A DNA stretch of 64,000 nucleotides from Eledone cirrhosa (taxonomy: Eukaryota), in NCBI GenBank assembly GCA_964016885.1, contig OZ024742.1, positions 196,292,001-196,356,000 of the forward strand. The letters are read 5' to 3'. The notes below the pieces were generated by a model. It searched no databases. It was not told the origin of the DNA and was given only the letters and a program-made list of their open reading frames with translations. This document shows, piece after piece, positions 1 through 12,624 of this stretch (position 1 is its first letter; each line of letters starts with the position of its first letter). The position numbers and the translations under genes are program-made.

Positions 1-218
1 CATCAATACACATGTACATTTGCTGTTGTCCATATTTGCCAGTTGTGTGTGTGTGTGTGTGTGTGTAAAAACAGCACAGATGTAAGTGGATAAGGAAAGG
101 ATATAGAGAAAGAGAGCGAGAGGTAAAGTGGTAGCGGGATCAATTTCAGTTAACAGTTAATTCAATTACATGTTTTTGTTGCTACTGCAATGGATCTCAG
201 TCAGTTTCAAAGATGAGT

Positions 219-450
219 GTTCTAGTTATTCGATCAACAGAACAGCTTGCTCATGAAATTAACATGTAAGTAGTCAAGCATTCCACAGACACGTGTACCT
301 TTCATGTAAATCTTAGGAAGATTCAGAATGACTGTGACCGATATGGCTGGGCCTTTGAATTGCATGAACAATTCCTCAAACATGGGCTTCCAAAAGGTTT
401 CTGTCCACCCAAGATGCCACAAAGTAGGATCAAATCCAGGACTTAATGAA
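219..450 (+). mobile_element. Dispersed repeat (SINE/LINE-derived), degenerate copy
   Basis: gatcaacagaacagcttgctcatgaaattaacatgtaagtag...ttccac recurs at ~36020-36320, 38445-38670 (minus) and 39940-40375. Confidence 0.6.
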
Positions 451-1197
451 TGTGATGTTACTATTTATAATGGTTTCTGATTTTGGGTGAAGGGCAAGTC
501 GATTAAATCTACCCAAGATATTAATAGTTATAATGAAATATATTTTATGTTGAATGTACAAGGATTTCCTGGGTTACAGAAATATTACTTTCTGGAAAAT
601 CTTGCCCTAACATGGAATTCTGTTACACAAAACTCATTTTAAGATTGATTTTCATGTTTCACTCACCTGCCTAATGTTGAAATACAGTAGTGCTGGTGCC
701 ACAATAAAACTGCACCCAGTCCACACTGTAATGTGGTAGTGCTGATGCCACAATAAAATACACCCAGTCCACACTGTAAAATGATGCATTTTATTGTGGC
801 AAGCCTGGCCTGAACACATATATATATATACATAGGTTTTCAAATATGAGGAAATGTTACTGTCTGTTGCTACTCTGAGTTCAAATCATGCTGAGATCAA
901 CATTGCCTTTCATCCTTTTAAGGTCAATAACAAAAGTACCTAGTACTGGGGTCGATTCTTATAAATTATCTTTATTACTTCCTCTCTCTCTCTCTCTTTG
1001 TCTCTCAGCAATCCATGAAAGTCAGATTAGCAACAGAGAGTAGTGTGGAGGCAGAGAAAGAGTTAGAGTGAGAGAAAGTATTATATGAAGTGAGAACACA
1101 CACATTGACAATTAATGGTTAAAGGAGAAAATGAGTTTGTTAAAGTAGTAACAGATGTTAATTAACACTCTTATTAATTGGGAGGGGGGGGGGGGTG

Positions 1198-1206
1198 AGA
1201 AAGAAA

Positions 1207-1254
<48 letters not shown>

Positions 1255-1290
1255 AAAAGAAAGAAAGAAAAAGAAAGAAAGAAAAAGAGA
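1198..1290. repeat. (GAAA)n microsatellite preceded by a G-run
   Basis: Read directly from the sequence. Confidence 0.95.
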
Positions 1291-1616
1291 GTGAGTGAGA
1301 GAGTTAATGATGTCTAAAGTTTATATGGGGTGGTGCAGAGAGGAGAGGGTTTTCTATTTCTCTCATTTAGATTTACATATAGCCATAGGTATTATAGGTA
1401 CATGCAGGGACGTGGTTAAGAGGTTATCTTTGAAACCATTTGGTTTTAGGTTCAGTGTGGCACATTGAGCAAGATTCTTTTATGCTAGCCATGAGCTGCT
1501 CAATGCTTTGAGATTGAAAATAGTAGATGGAAAATGTAAAGACAAGACCCCCAAACTATAGATACAGATGTGATGACACAAGACCTCAAACTATATATAA
1601 CAGATGAGATGACATG

Positions 1617-2454
1617 ATCATCATCATCATCATCATCACCGTTTTACGTCCGTTCTTCCACGCTAGCATGGGTTAGACGGGTTGTCCTGTTGTGGGCAGT
1701 GTCTGGTCGGCTGACCATGCCTTGCTCATACAGGAACTGATCTGGCTTGATTTCTACAGCTGGATGCCCTTCCTAACACCAACCTCATTTACAGTGAGTG
1801 CTGGGTGCTTTTTCGTGGCGCCTACACGTCCACTTTACAGTGTGGGCTGGGTGCTTTTTTGCCGTGGCACCTCCACGACCACCTTGCGGTGGGGGGAGTG
1901 GGGGCATATTGTTTATATGCTTCAGCATGTACCCATGGGAGGTCGGGTACCCTGTATTACTGCGTGACGCCAGAAGTCACGGTCGTGTGTCATTGACTTT
2001 GAGAGGTGTAGTTGGGTAAGGTCGGCTTTTATCACCTCATCCCAAGTCATCTTGGGTCTCCCCACTCCGCGGTTTCCATCAACTTCTAGTGCTCTGCACC
2101 TTTTTATGCAGCTGTCATCCTTCATACGCATCACATGTCCATACCAGCGTAACCGCCTCTCCTGCACGCAGCATTTGATTCCTCTTATGCTCAGTCTCTC
2201 TCTCAATTCCTTAATGCTTTGTCGTTCACGTATATTACTGTTACACATCCATCGGAGCATGCAGGCTTCGTTTCTCTCTAATCTACGTAAGTCTTCCACC
2301 TTCAGCGCCCAGGTCTCACTACCATGCAACATCGCTGTTCGGATACATGCATCATACAGTCTGCCTTTCATTCTGAGGGAGAAGCCTTTTGCAGCTAGCA
2401 GTGGTAGTAGTTCCCTAAACTTCTTCCAACCCGTTCTTACCCTAGTTATTGTAC
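1617..2454 (-). mobile_element. RTE-clade LINE subfamily A, 5'-truncated 3' fragment
   Basis: ORF 1922-2371 encodes an RTE C-terminus (LHGSETW, RRLRWYGHVMRM, GRPKMTW). 3'UTR and (GAT)n tail; near-identical to 12624-13449. Confidence 0.95.
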
Positions 2455-2677
2455 CTACGAGGGTTTTTCTTAGTAGTTCTCATGACGTTATTATTGTTAA
2501 TTTCACTGATGTAGTATTAACTTGGATATTTACCATGCGGTATTCTAATTCTATTGTATCTCTCTCAGTTATTTATATATATATAGTAATAATAATAAAT
2601 GTGAAGACTAAAATCCGAAGAGAGCTCGATAAGGATAATCTATATATCAAAATATATAAAACCATAGAGCAAATATT

Positions 2678-2818
2678 TATTAAAATAACAGATTAAGATC
2701 TAAGCAAAGAATCGCTGCTTTCACCCTTAACAGGACCTTCTAAAACTCAGTTTCAGAAGATCCCATTACAGGTGAAAGCAGCGATTCTTTGCTCAAACTG
2801 TAATCTGTTATTTTAATA
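2678..2818. repeat. Imperfect palindrome of two back-to-back hammerhead-like (Penelope pLTR-like) copies
   Basis: Arms ttaaaataacagatta..agcaaagaatcgctgctttcacc / ggtgaaagcagcgattctttgct..taatctgttattttaa; (TA)n tracts nearby on both sides. Confidence 0.8.
2748..2800 (+). ncRNA. Type I hammerhead ribozyme variant (U4A core), possibly inactive
   Basis: CAGUUU-CAGAAGA-(weak stem II)-GAAA-GCA-loop-UGCU-C-AAACUG. Perfect 6-bp stem I, 4-bp stem III, CUC triplet; the core reads CAGAAGA instead of CUGANGA. Confidence 0.55.
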
Positions 2819-3086
2819 TATATATATATACATATACCAATCAAAGTAAGAGACATATAAGAATAGAGGAGAAAGAACTATGATATAATATATTAGATGT
2901 CTATAGCTAAAGCAAAGCGTGCTCAATGCTTAGAGATGCAATGTTAAATATTATAGTGGAGTCAATATTTAAGGGGAGTTAAGTGCAGAAGGAAAGCAGA
3001 GCAGGTATAATCCATGCTAGCGTGGAAGATGGACGTTAAACTATAATCATGATGATATGGAGGAGAAAGCAATACATTTATATTTA

Positions 3087-3116
<30 letters not shown>

Positions 3117-3121
<5 letters not shown>

Positions 3122-5253
3122 CAGATGTGATGACAAAAGGTGCCAAACTATATATAACAGTTGTCATCACATATGTTAAATATATTGATACTACAAACCC
3201 CAAACTATAAATAATAGATGTGATGACAACAACCCCAAACTATAAATAGATGTGATGACAACTAGCCCCAAACTATATATAACATGTGATGACAACAACC
3301 CCCAAACTATATATAACAGATGTGATGACAACAACCCCCAAACTATAACAGATGTGATGACAACTAACCCCAAACTATATATAACAGATGTGATGACAAC
3401 TAACCCCAAACTATATATAACAGATGTGATGACAACTAACCCCAAACTATATATAACAGATGTGATGACAACTAACCCCAAACTATATATAACAGATGTG
3501 ATGACAACAAACCCAAACTATATATAACAGATGTGATGACAACAAACCCAAACTATATATAACAGATGTGATGACAACAAACCCCAAACTATATATAACA
3601 GATGTGATGACAACTAACCCCAAACTATATATAACATGTGATGACAACTAACCCCAAACTATATATAACAGATATGATGACAACAAACCGAAACTATATA
3701 TAACAGATGTGATGACAACTAACCCCAAACTATATATAACAGATGTGATGACAACTAACCCAAACTATATATAACAGATATGATGACAACTAACCCCAAA
3801 CTATATATAACAGATGTGATGACAACAAACCCAAACTATATATAACAGATGTGATGACAACTAACCCCAAACTATATATAACAGATGTGATGACAACAAA
3901 CCCAAACTATATATAACAGATGTGATGACAACTAACCCCAAACTATATATAACAGATGTGATGACAACTAACCCCAAACTATATATAACAGATGTGATGA
4001 CAACAAACCCCAAACTATATATAACAGATGTGATGACAACTAACCCCAAACTATATATAACATGTGATGACAACTAACCCTAAACTATATATAACAGATG
4101 TGATGACAACAAACCGAAACTATATATAACAGATGTGATGACAACAAACCCCAAACTATATATAACAGATGTGATGACAACTAACCCCAAACTATATATA
4201 ACATGTGATGACAACTAACCCCAAACTATATATAACAGATGTGATGACAACAAACCGAAACTATATATAACAGATGTGATGACAACTAACCCCAAACTAT
4301 ATATAACAGATGTGATGACAACTAACCCCAAACTATATATAACAGATGTGATGACAACTAACCCAAACTATATATAACAGATATGATGACAACTAACCCC
4401 AAACTATATATAACAGATGTGATGACAACAAACCCAAACTATATATAACAGATGTGATGACAACTAACCCCAAACTATATATAACAGATGTGATGACAAC
4501 AAACCCAAACTATATATAACAGATGTGATGACAACTAACCCCAAACTATATATAACAGATGTGATGACAACTAACCCCAAACTATATATAACAGATGTGA
4601 TGACAACAAACCCAAACTATATATAACAGATGTGATGACAACAAACCCCAAACTATATATAACAGATGTGATGACAACTAACCCCAAACTATATATAACA
4701 TGTGATGACAACTAACCCTAAACTATATATAACAGACGTGATGACAACAAACCGAAACTATATATAACAGATGTGATGACAACTAACCCCAAACTATATA
4801 TAACAGATGTGATGACAACAAACCCAAACTATATATAACATGTGATGACAACAAACCGAAACTATATATAACAGATGTGATGACAACAACCCCAAACTAT
4901 ATATAACAGATGTGATGACAACAAACCCCAAACTATATATAACAGATGTGATGACAACTAACCCCAAACTATATATAACATGTGATGACAACTAACCCCA
5001 AACTATATATAACAGATGTGATGACAACAAACCCAAACTATATATAACAGATGTGATGACAACTAACCCCAAACTATATATAACAGATGTGATGACAACA
5101 AACCCCAAACTATATATAACAGATTGATGACAACTAACCCCAAACTGTATATAACAGATGTGATGACAACAAACCCAAACTATATATAACAGATGTGATG
5201 ACAACAACCCCAAACTATATATAACAGATGTGATGACAACAACCCCAAACTAT
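3117..5253. repeat. 36-bp minisatellite, roughly 58 copies
   Basis: Unit AACTAACCCCAAACTATATATAACAGATGTGATGAC with 34-36 bp variants; degenerate outlier units at 1545-1615. Confidence 0.98.
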
Positions 5254-5424
5254 GAGACTACTCTGATAGTAAACAAGATCTTAATTCCATTGCCATTCAG
5301 TTTTTATGCTTCCATGGTAACAGAGGACCCACCCAAAGAAGCATGCCCCGTGGCAGGATGAGAAAAAAGCACAAATAATTGTTTACATTATGTAATGTGA
5401 TAACAACAACATTTGTGTAACACC

Positions 5425-5439
5425 ACACTAGATGGCGCC
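5425..5439 (+). promoter_or_regulatory. CTCF-like motif
   Basis: ACACTAGATGGCGCC matches the CCACTAGATGGCGC core at 13/14 positions; motif match only. Confidence 0.3.
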
Positions 5440-5769
5440 AGCAAACAGAAGCTATAGGTCAGTCTCAATTAGATGTGAAAGAGAAACATTAGGAAAATTA
5501 ACCTTTGAAGTAAGCTTTATAGCTATGTGTGTGTGTATAATATATGTATATGTGTGCACACAATGTATATAATGTATGAATGTGTATTTATGACTGCACA
5601 CACACACACACACACACACACATGGTATTCTCATGACAATAATTTACCTCTGTGTTCCACACACCATGACCATCATCAGTCATTTAACACATTCAATACC
5701 AAACCTACCTGAAACCACTTGTTTTATGATATAGAACTGTTTATTTTAAAGTGTTAATATTTAAATTAA

Positions 5770-6066
5770 AAACTTCCACGCTTCCCGAAATTCGCCAACA
5801 CTACACCTGATATTCCCCCTCCATACACATGCATGCATCTGTGTGTATATCATGACTCATACACTTCACTTTCCTGACATTTGTACATTATTCTATATCC
5901 CGCCGAGGTTAATTTTGCCTTTCATCCTTACGGGGGTCGATAAAATAAAGTACCAGTAACGCAGTGGGTAATTGTTGGCCTTGTGCCAAAAGTAGAAACA
6001 ATTATCCTATGTACTATACATGCACCTTTGATGAGTTGTAGTGCACCTGAGCACTGTACACAATAC
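5770..6066 (+). mobile_element. CR1-like LINE 3' end interrupted by a SINE fragment (5897-6000)
   Basis: Homologous to 17588-18001 (minus), which encodes a CR1-type C-terminus; TSD attattctat/attatcctat flanks the SINE. Confidence 0.75.
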
Positions 6067-6071
6067 TTTTC

Positions 6072-6256
6072 AGGGTGGTGGATTGGCAGTATCGGTAGAG
6101 GGTCGGACGCCATGCTTTCCAGCATAGTTACGTCCCTTTACGATCTGAGTTCAAATCCAGCCGAGGTTGACTTTGCCTTTCATCCTTACGGGGTCGATAA
6201 AATAAAGTAATGCAGTGGGTAATTGCTGGCCTTGTGCCTAAAGTAGAAACAATTAT
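6072..6256 (+). mobile_element. tRNA-derived SINE family 1
   Basis: A-box-like tggcagtatcggt, B-box gagttcaaatcc, body gcctttcatccttacggggtcgataaaataaag, (ATT) tail; more than 12 copies in the window. Confidence 0.9.
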
Positions 6257-6291
6257 AAGAACCTTTATTAAGTTATGTTCCAAACACCCGT

Positions 6292-6488
6292 TTAACCATT
6301 TAGCATTTAAACCAGCTATATCCGACCAGAATTCTCTCAAACTGGCCATAACTAGCCACTCATACTGATGTTAAGGTATTGTTCTCAAAATAAATATCAA
6401 AATCTCATAGATCCAATATTATGTGAGGTAAAGCCTTTACCATGAAAATATAATAATAAATATAGCAATGTAAATGCTAAAGAGGTAA
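6292..6488 (-). mobile_element. piggyBac-type MITE 1
   Basis: Homologous to the TTAA-flanked CCCTTTAGCATTTA-TIR family. Confidence 0.8.
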
Positions 6489-8180
6489 AAATTCTTTCTA
6501 ACATGGTCACAAGCCCAGCAATGTGAGGAAAGGTGAAAGTCGATTATATCAACTCCAGTATTTAACTGGTACACTATTTTATAGACCCTGGAAGGATGAA
6601 AGGCAAAGTTGTTCTCAGTGGGATTTGAACTAGAAAAGTAAAGGACTGTAACTAAACGCTACAAAGCATTTTGTCATACTTTTGCCAATCCACAGCCCTC
6701 AGTAATGAGAATGTTTATGGCTATCTAAATATGTTATAATTTTAAAAAAAACCTTCAATCATGATTTTATGCATTTTTTTTTAAAATCTAACAAAACTGC
6801 CAATCCACAATCTTTAACAAGAAAGTTTATGGCTTTCTAAATATGTTTATAATTTTTCTAAAAACCTTCAATCATGATTTTATGTTAGCATTTTTATTAA
6901 GTTATGTTCCAAATATCAGCTTAATGAGAAAGTTAGTTATATTACTAAATCCTTCTAAATTCTTGATTTTTTTTTTTTTTTAATATTTCAAAATTATAGA
7001 CAGTGTCTTTCATTAGGAAAAATATGGTAAATGCTAACGCCATTTTCGAAATTATTTGAAAATCACCAAATGTGTCTTATATTAGAAATATGGTAACTTT
7101 AGAAACCATTAATATATAAAGATTAAGATTACTCTCTTTTGGGGGTTTATGTAAGATTACTCTCTTTTGGGGTTTATGTCAAGATATTTGAAAGATGATC
7201 ATTCATAGAAAGTGCAATCTTTTGGCAGACAGATATCGTATCTGATTTAATTCTATGAAAAGCATTAGCTAATAGACAGAGAGAGAGAGAGAGAGGTGGG
7301 GGAAGAGACCAGCTGTGTGCTACTAATTCCATGGTAACGATTTTTCGAAAGGAAGCATGAGATTATGTGGCACTGGCAGTAATTTAAAATTTATTTGTTG
7401 ACAAGGTTTGTGAGGCAGGGTTTGTGAGTGGATAATCTTCAAAACTTTCAAGAATGGGTAGATGGATAGATGAGGAAGGGAGGAGAGGGGAGCCGTGGAA
7501 ATCTAAGACATCTTCAGAAAATAATATCAAAAACTGCAAAAGATATTTTAATTCTGAATATTCTGTAATAATTTAGCAGAAGATATCTAAAAACATGTTT
7601 GTTAATTCAAATCTTTATAATACTCTTACAGTGTGAAAGTTTCTAGTAAAGACTTTAATTTTTAATGTGATCTAGTCAAAGTGTAGTTTTCTACTTTTCA
7701 AGAATGTCTTGGTTTCATGTGGTTTGTTAATTCAAATGTTTATGTTAACTTTACTAAAAGACAGATCAATGTGAAAATTTGCAGTATTAGCATAAACACT
7801 TCATCATAAGATTGTGAGTTCAATTCCCTGACTGGGCAACATGCTGCATCCTTGAGTAAGATACTTCATATTGCATTGCTCCAGTCCACTAGCTGGGGAA
7901 AAAATTTAATACCAGCAGCAGCAACTGTTAATTTTGTGACAGCTTATGTAAACCTAAGGCTATTGTAAATACACTCACCCCAGAGGTCATGCAATGGGAT
8001 CGAACCCGAGACTGTGATTGTAAAGATAACAACTTAACCACTCAGCCATGCCTGTGTCAACTATTTTCAAAAGCACATAACTTCACATACACACATACAA
8101 CTGTAAGCCATGCACACACATACAAATACAAGATACACACATAAATACAATACCAGAAACTGATTTTAGTTTACCTGAAT

Positions 8181-8945
8181 AAAGTAGTGACTTGCAACGA
8201 GAGTTGATTCGTCCCCTATGACCCTGAGAGCAAAAATCAGAGTACCCAGTGGAAGCATGTGTCCTCCCCCAGGCCCATGAAGATAAAGATAATTAGGTTG
8301 CAAGAGAAGGCCATAGTCATTCCTTTTTTCAACTCCCAGGGGTTAATTCAAGTTGAATGGGTTCCTGAGGGTAAACCGTAAATAAGGAGTATTACCTTGA
8401 ACTTCTGAAAAGGTTCAAGGAGAAAATGTGGAAGAAGCCACAGCAGTGGTGGTTCCATCAGGACAATGCCACAAGTCAATGTTGGTAACCACCTGGATGA
8501 CCAAATAGGGACAACACCTACAGACCCAACCTGGCTCCTTATGACTTCTTCCTGTTCCCAAGCATAAAGGACAGCCTCAGGGGAATCGGATTCAGATCAA
8601 CGTAGGAGCTGAAGGAGGCATCAGCAAATTTCTCACGAGACTGTAGAAAAAGGACTAGGATGAAGTTTTCCAGGAGTGGAGAAGACACCTGTGCAAGTGT
8701 GTAGATACACGAGGTCATTATTTTGAAGGAGACAGTGGATTGGCAGTATCAGTAGAGGGTCAGACGCCATGCTTTCCAGCATAGTTACGTCCCTTTACGA
8801 TCTGAGTTCAAATCCCGCCGAGGTTGACTTTGCCTTTCATCCTTACGGGGTCGATAAAATAAAGTACCAGTAATGCACTGAGTAATTGCTGGCCTTGTGC
8901 CTAAAGTAGAAACAATTATTTTGAAGGCGACAAAGTTTTCTAAGC
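8181..8945 (+). pseudogene. Decayed mariner transposase (catalytic half), interrupted by a SINE
   Basis: Translates as VVTCNES*FVPYDPESKNQSTQWKH (IVTGDE..YDP motif), then HQDNA and PNLAPYDFFLFP (YSPDLAP motif), with stops and frameshifts. Confidence 0.85.
8735..8914 (+). mobile_element. SINE family 1 with 18-bp TSD
   Basis: TSD attattttgaagg(a/c)gaca at 8717-8734 and 8915-8932. Confidence 0.92.
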
Positions 8946-9033
8946 TTATGTAAATAAATAATATCTTTCCTGAAATTTACTAATTATTCATTGAAAATAC
9001 GTTGTACATACACAAATACAAAATACACAGGCG

Positions 9034-9086
<53 letters not shown>

Positions 9087-9389
9087 CTATTGGTTAGATA
9101 TTTTAAATGAGATAGTTCAGCTGTTAAAATCTCAAGTGAAAACATCAATATAGACTGTTGTTTTCAGTGGAAACATTTAATAAAATAACATTTTAAATAA
9201 CTGTTAACATGTTAGTAGTGTTAACGATGACTTGTAATTAACAATAATATTGAAATATGGACATAATGAATACAAAAATTGGACACTAAATCTAGTAAAA
9301 TCACATCTGAAATTATTAACCCTTTTATTACCATAGTTTTAATAACTAGTTTTGGTACAAGGCCAGCAATTTGAAGGAAGGGTCTTTGG

Positions 9390-9730
9390 AGTAACGTTAC
9401 TCAATAAAGTTTGTAGGTCGGAGATCAGATAGTTACTCCAGGTAAAGTTGAACCTTTTTTCAAATTGAGAGATTCCAGCTCCAATACTATGGGCATGTGG
9501 TTAGAATGTCACAAGAAAGAATCGCTGGAGAGATTTTACGAGCAAAACCAACCGGCGGGAGACCCAGGGGTAGATCTCGAGTAAGATGGTTGGATAGCTG
9601 GTCTCACTTGGAGATCCGGCCAAATCAGTTGGAGACTGTTGCTTCTAACAGGACCTGCTAAAAGAAGTGTTTGAGGACTCTGCTTCAACAAACCTCTCAG
9701 GAATAGGTGGGTGAAGAAGAAGGGGAAAGT
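9390..9730 (+). mobile_element. Degenerate RTE-like LINE 3' fragment (distinct family)
   Basis: Translates as FQIERFQLQYYGHVVRMSQERIAGEILRAKPTGGRPRGRSRVRW. Confidence 0.7.
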
Positions 9731-9755
9731 TGTAAAGATGAAAAGCAAAGCTAAC

Positions 9756-9988
9756 TTAACCCTTCAGCATTTACTATATATTTTCTCTATATTTACTATT
9801 ATATTTTCGTGGTAAAGCCTTTACCTCACATAATTATCTCACATAATATGGAATCTATGAGATTTTGATATTTATTTTGAAAACAATACCTTAACATCAG
9901 TATGTGTGGCCAGTTACAGCCAGTTTGAACAGAAAGAGGTAAGAGAATTCTGGCTGGATATGGCTGGTTCAAATGCTAAAGGGTTTAA
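9756..9988 (+). mobile_element. piggyBac-type MITE 1
   Basis: TTAA-CCCTTCAGCATTT...AAATGCTAAAGGG-T-TTAA; about 230 bp, no ORF. Confidence 0.85.
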
Positions 9989-10139
9989 TGAGATTTGACC
10001 TAAGAATGAAAAGAGCCATAATCATGTGCTACAACTCCACCGATACTGCCAATCTACTGCCTTTACCATAGAATGACAAACACTGGCAAACAATAATTTC
10101 TTAACTAATTAAAACTTTGCAGAGATTTAGTAACTTGAA

Positions 10140-10790
10140 CATTATTAATCATTTCATTATCATATTTCCAATGAAGACACTACTTATGATTTTTTAATAA
10201 TTTGGAAAATAATCAAAAATTTGCAGAGATTTCATAATATCACTAACTCAATATTAATTCTTTCCTTACCTACCATATTTCTAATGAAAGATACTGCCTG
10301 TGATTTTTAATTGTTTTGAAATTAATCAAAAATTTTGAGTGATTTAATAATATAACATTCTTGTTAATAAGCTAGTGTATAGAATATAACAAAGGTTCTT
10401 ACATGAAATTATATAAGATTGGAATTTAAATATGAACACTTAAACGAATGGCTTTGTATCATAGATATGGAGCAGTTTCAGGAAGCTTGGTATCAGATGA
10501 ATTAACAAAGGTTCTAAAATAAAATTATGACGGAATGTTTTGAAATAATATAAACACTTTAACCCTTTTAATACCAAATAACTTGAAACTACCCTAGCAT
10601 TAATGATACTAAGCTGTTTATTTTAAAGTGTTTATATTTACTAAAAATATACCATCATGACTTTTATGTAAAAAAATCTTTGTTAAGTTATGTTCCAAAC
10701 ACCAGCTTGATAATGTTAAAACTAGTTGTATTAGTAAATTCCTTCAAATCCTTGATTATTTTCAAAATAATTTGAAAATTATATGCATGT
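10140..10790. mobile_element. Cluster of AT-rich piggyBac-type MITE 2 copies and fragments
   Basis: Motifs accatatttctaatgaaagacactgcc, cataaaattatgatggaaggtttttagataaatataaacact, ggtatcaaaaaggttaa recur at ~6720-7100, 14850-15065, 17370-17570, 25150-25320, 36770-36950, 37700-38110, 39500-39722, 40760-41265, 46285-47040 and 52560-53260. Confidence 0.7.
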
Positions 10791-11067
10791 AAGCATATAG
10801 CTTAGTGGTTAGAGCATTGGCCTTGCAATCGAAAGGTTGTGAGTTCAATTCTCGGACCGGGTGATGTGTTGTTTCCTTGAACAAGAGACTTTATTTCACA
10901 TTGTTCCAGTTTACTCAGCTGTAGAAATGAGATGATAGGGATTGAGGTCCCTATCATTCCACTGCAAAGTGGTCATGAAGGTGCCACGGCAAAAAAGCAC
11001 CCAGCACTCACTGTAAATGAGGTTGGTGTTAGGAAGGGCATCCAGCTGTAGAAATCAAGCCAGAATC
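10791..11067 (+). mobile_element. tRNA-derived SINE family 2 (RTE-tailed), 3'-truncated
   Basis: Head tagtggttagagc..gagttcaattc; matches 19487-19852 and 34216-34550. Confidence 0.9.
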
Positions 11068-11255
11068 TTTAGAAGTATAATGAAATTTGGTTACAACAAC
11101 AAAGTTTTGTATCATGGTTTTAGGTAGTTTGATATCAAAAGTAAATAAATATAATAATATCAAAGTAAATAACAACTGAAATATGTACTCTCGGGTCCCA
11201 AATAATAAGGGGGGGGGGGTTTGGAAAATCAGTAATTTTTCTAGGCTGTCTCTGT

Positions 11256-11287
<32 letters not shown>

Positions 11288-12029
11288 TAATCAAAATTAG
11301 TAATTTAGTTTACATATTGAGATCCCAACCCATCCTATTTATTTTATAATGTATGGGATTTCTAGTAACATACTTTTTTGTCATGTATAATTTTTTTTTA
11401 ATGTATAAAGAAAATTAATTGCTGCAAGAATGTTACCACTTAAAACAAAATTTCGCCAGAGATAAATGTGTGCGTGTGCTGTTGAAATAAGAACAGTGGC
11501 GATGTGGGGGTCTGAAAAATGAGGAAGGAGAGCAAGTTATTCAAGATCTGAGAGTAGCTGTTGTTGTTGCTTAGCAACAATTTCAGTCCTGATTGAACAG
11601 GTTGGTGATAAAAGACAAGCTAGCCATGACAATCTCATCAATTCAGGGCTGTGTAGAACAACATTATCTACATATTTGTTTCATGTCTTCACATAGCACC
11701 TCCAAATATTCCATGCATCCACTCTCAATATAAAACATGTTTGGTGTTCAAGATATGTAAAATTTATCGAAAACATTTTCCCCCCACACCAATATGAAAA
11801 TTGCTTCTCCCACCATTACGTAAATTTGAAAAAAGAAAAATATTCATTAATTCTTCATTTACACACAGTACTATGAGCAATGAAGTTAGGCGTGAACATA
11901 AGCAAATGTATCTGGAAATATTCATTCTATTGGGTGTTTTAAGGAATTTTTCTCAATATTTTGGGATCGCTTTTGTAGAAAAAATACAACAAATATAGAA
12001 ACTAGAGAGACAGAGTATAGATTTATATA

Positions 12030-12624
12030 TATATGATCTTTAAAGCGAAGAAATACCAATGAAGGTTGGAAGATCACTGATGAAGGACTAATTTTATTCA
12101 TATGTAACCCGTGTGCAACCACGCAGCACGCCATTTTTCATATATTTATTTTTTTCCTCCGCTGCGACCTGTCTGTTTCTTTCTTACTGCTTCCCCTTTC
12201 TCTGTATCTCTCACCTTCTTTTTACCCCCCTCTGCCAGTCACGCTCTCTCTCAGCTGGCCTCTTCCTCACACTTTCACTCACTCACTCTCTGCTTCTCCC
12301 CCTCTCTCACTTCCTCCCGTTTGACTTGTGTGAAATCCTTTTCTCTCTCACATCTCACCCAGGTCGGATAGTCTTTACCTCTCGTCTATGATTTCACCGA
12401 GCTTAAGTTCATAGATATCACGGACTTGTCTCTTCTCTTCCTCTCTTTCCGTTGCATTACCATCTTTGTTTGTTTACATGTCTCGCTCGCTTCACCCTAT
12501 TTTACGTGTCCCAATAACTTTCTTTAGTTATTGCTCACACCAACCAGAGGTATATGATCTTTAAAGCGAAGAAATACCAATGAAAGTTAGAAGATCACTG
12601 ATGAAGGACTAATTTTATTCATAT
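12030..12624 (+). repeat. 74-bp direct repeats (12030-12103, 12551-12624) flanking a CT-rich 447-bp segment; Penelope pLTR-like
   Basis: Two mismatches between copies; each copy contains CTGATGA; starts in a (TA)n tract. Confidence 0.7.

Noticed and set aside
3191-5253. 36-bp repeats resembling a CRISPR array, and repetitive ORFs
   Set aside because: Units are contiguous with no unique spacers, there are no cas genes, and the context is eukaryotic; the ORFs are repeat translations broken by indels.
10791-10865. tRNA genes at SINE heads (also 19487, 34216, 6072)
   Set aside because: No complete cloverleaf, and each continues into a multicopy SINE body.
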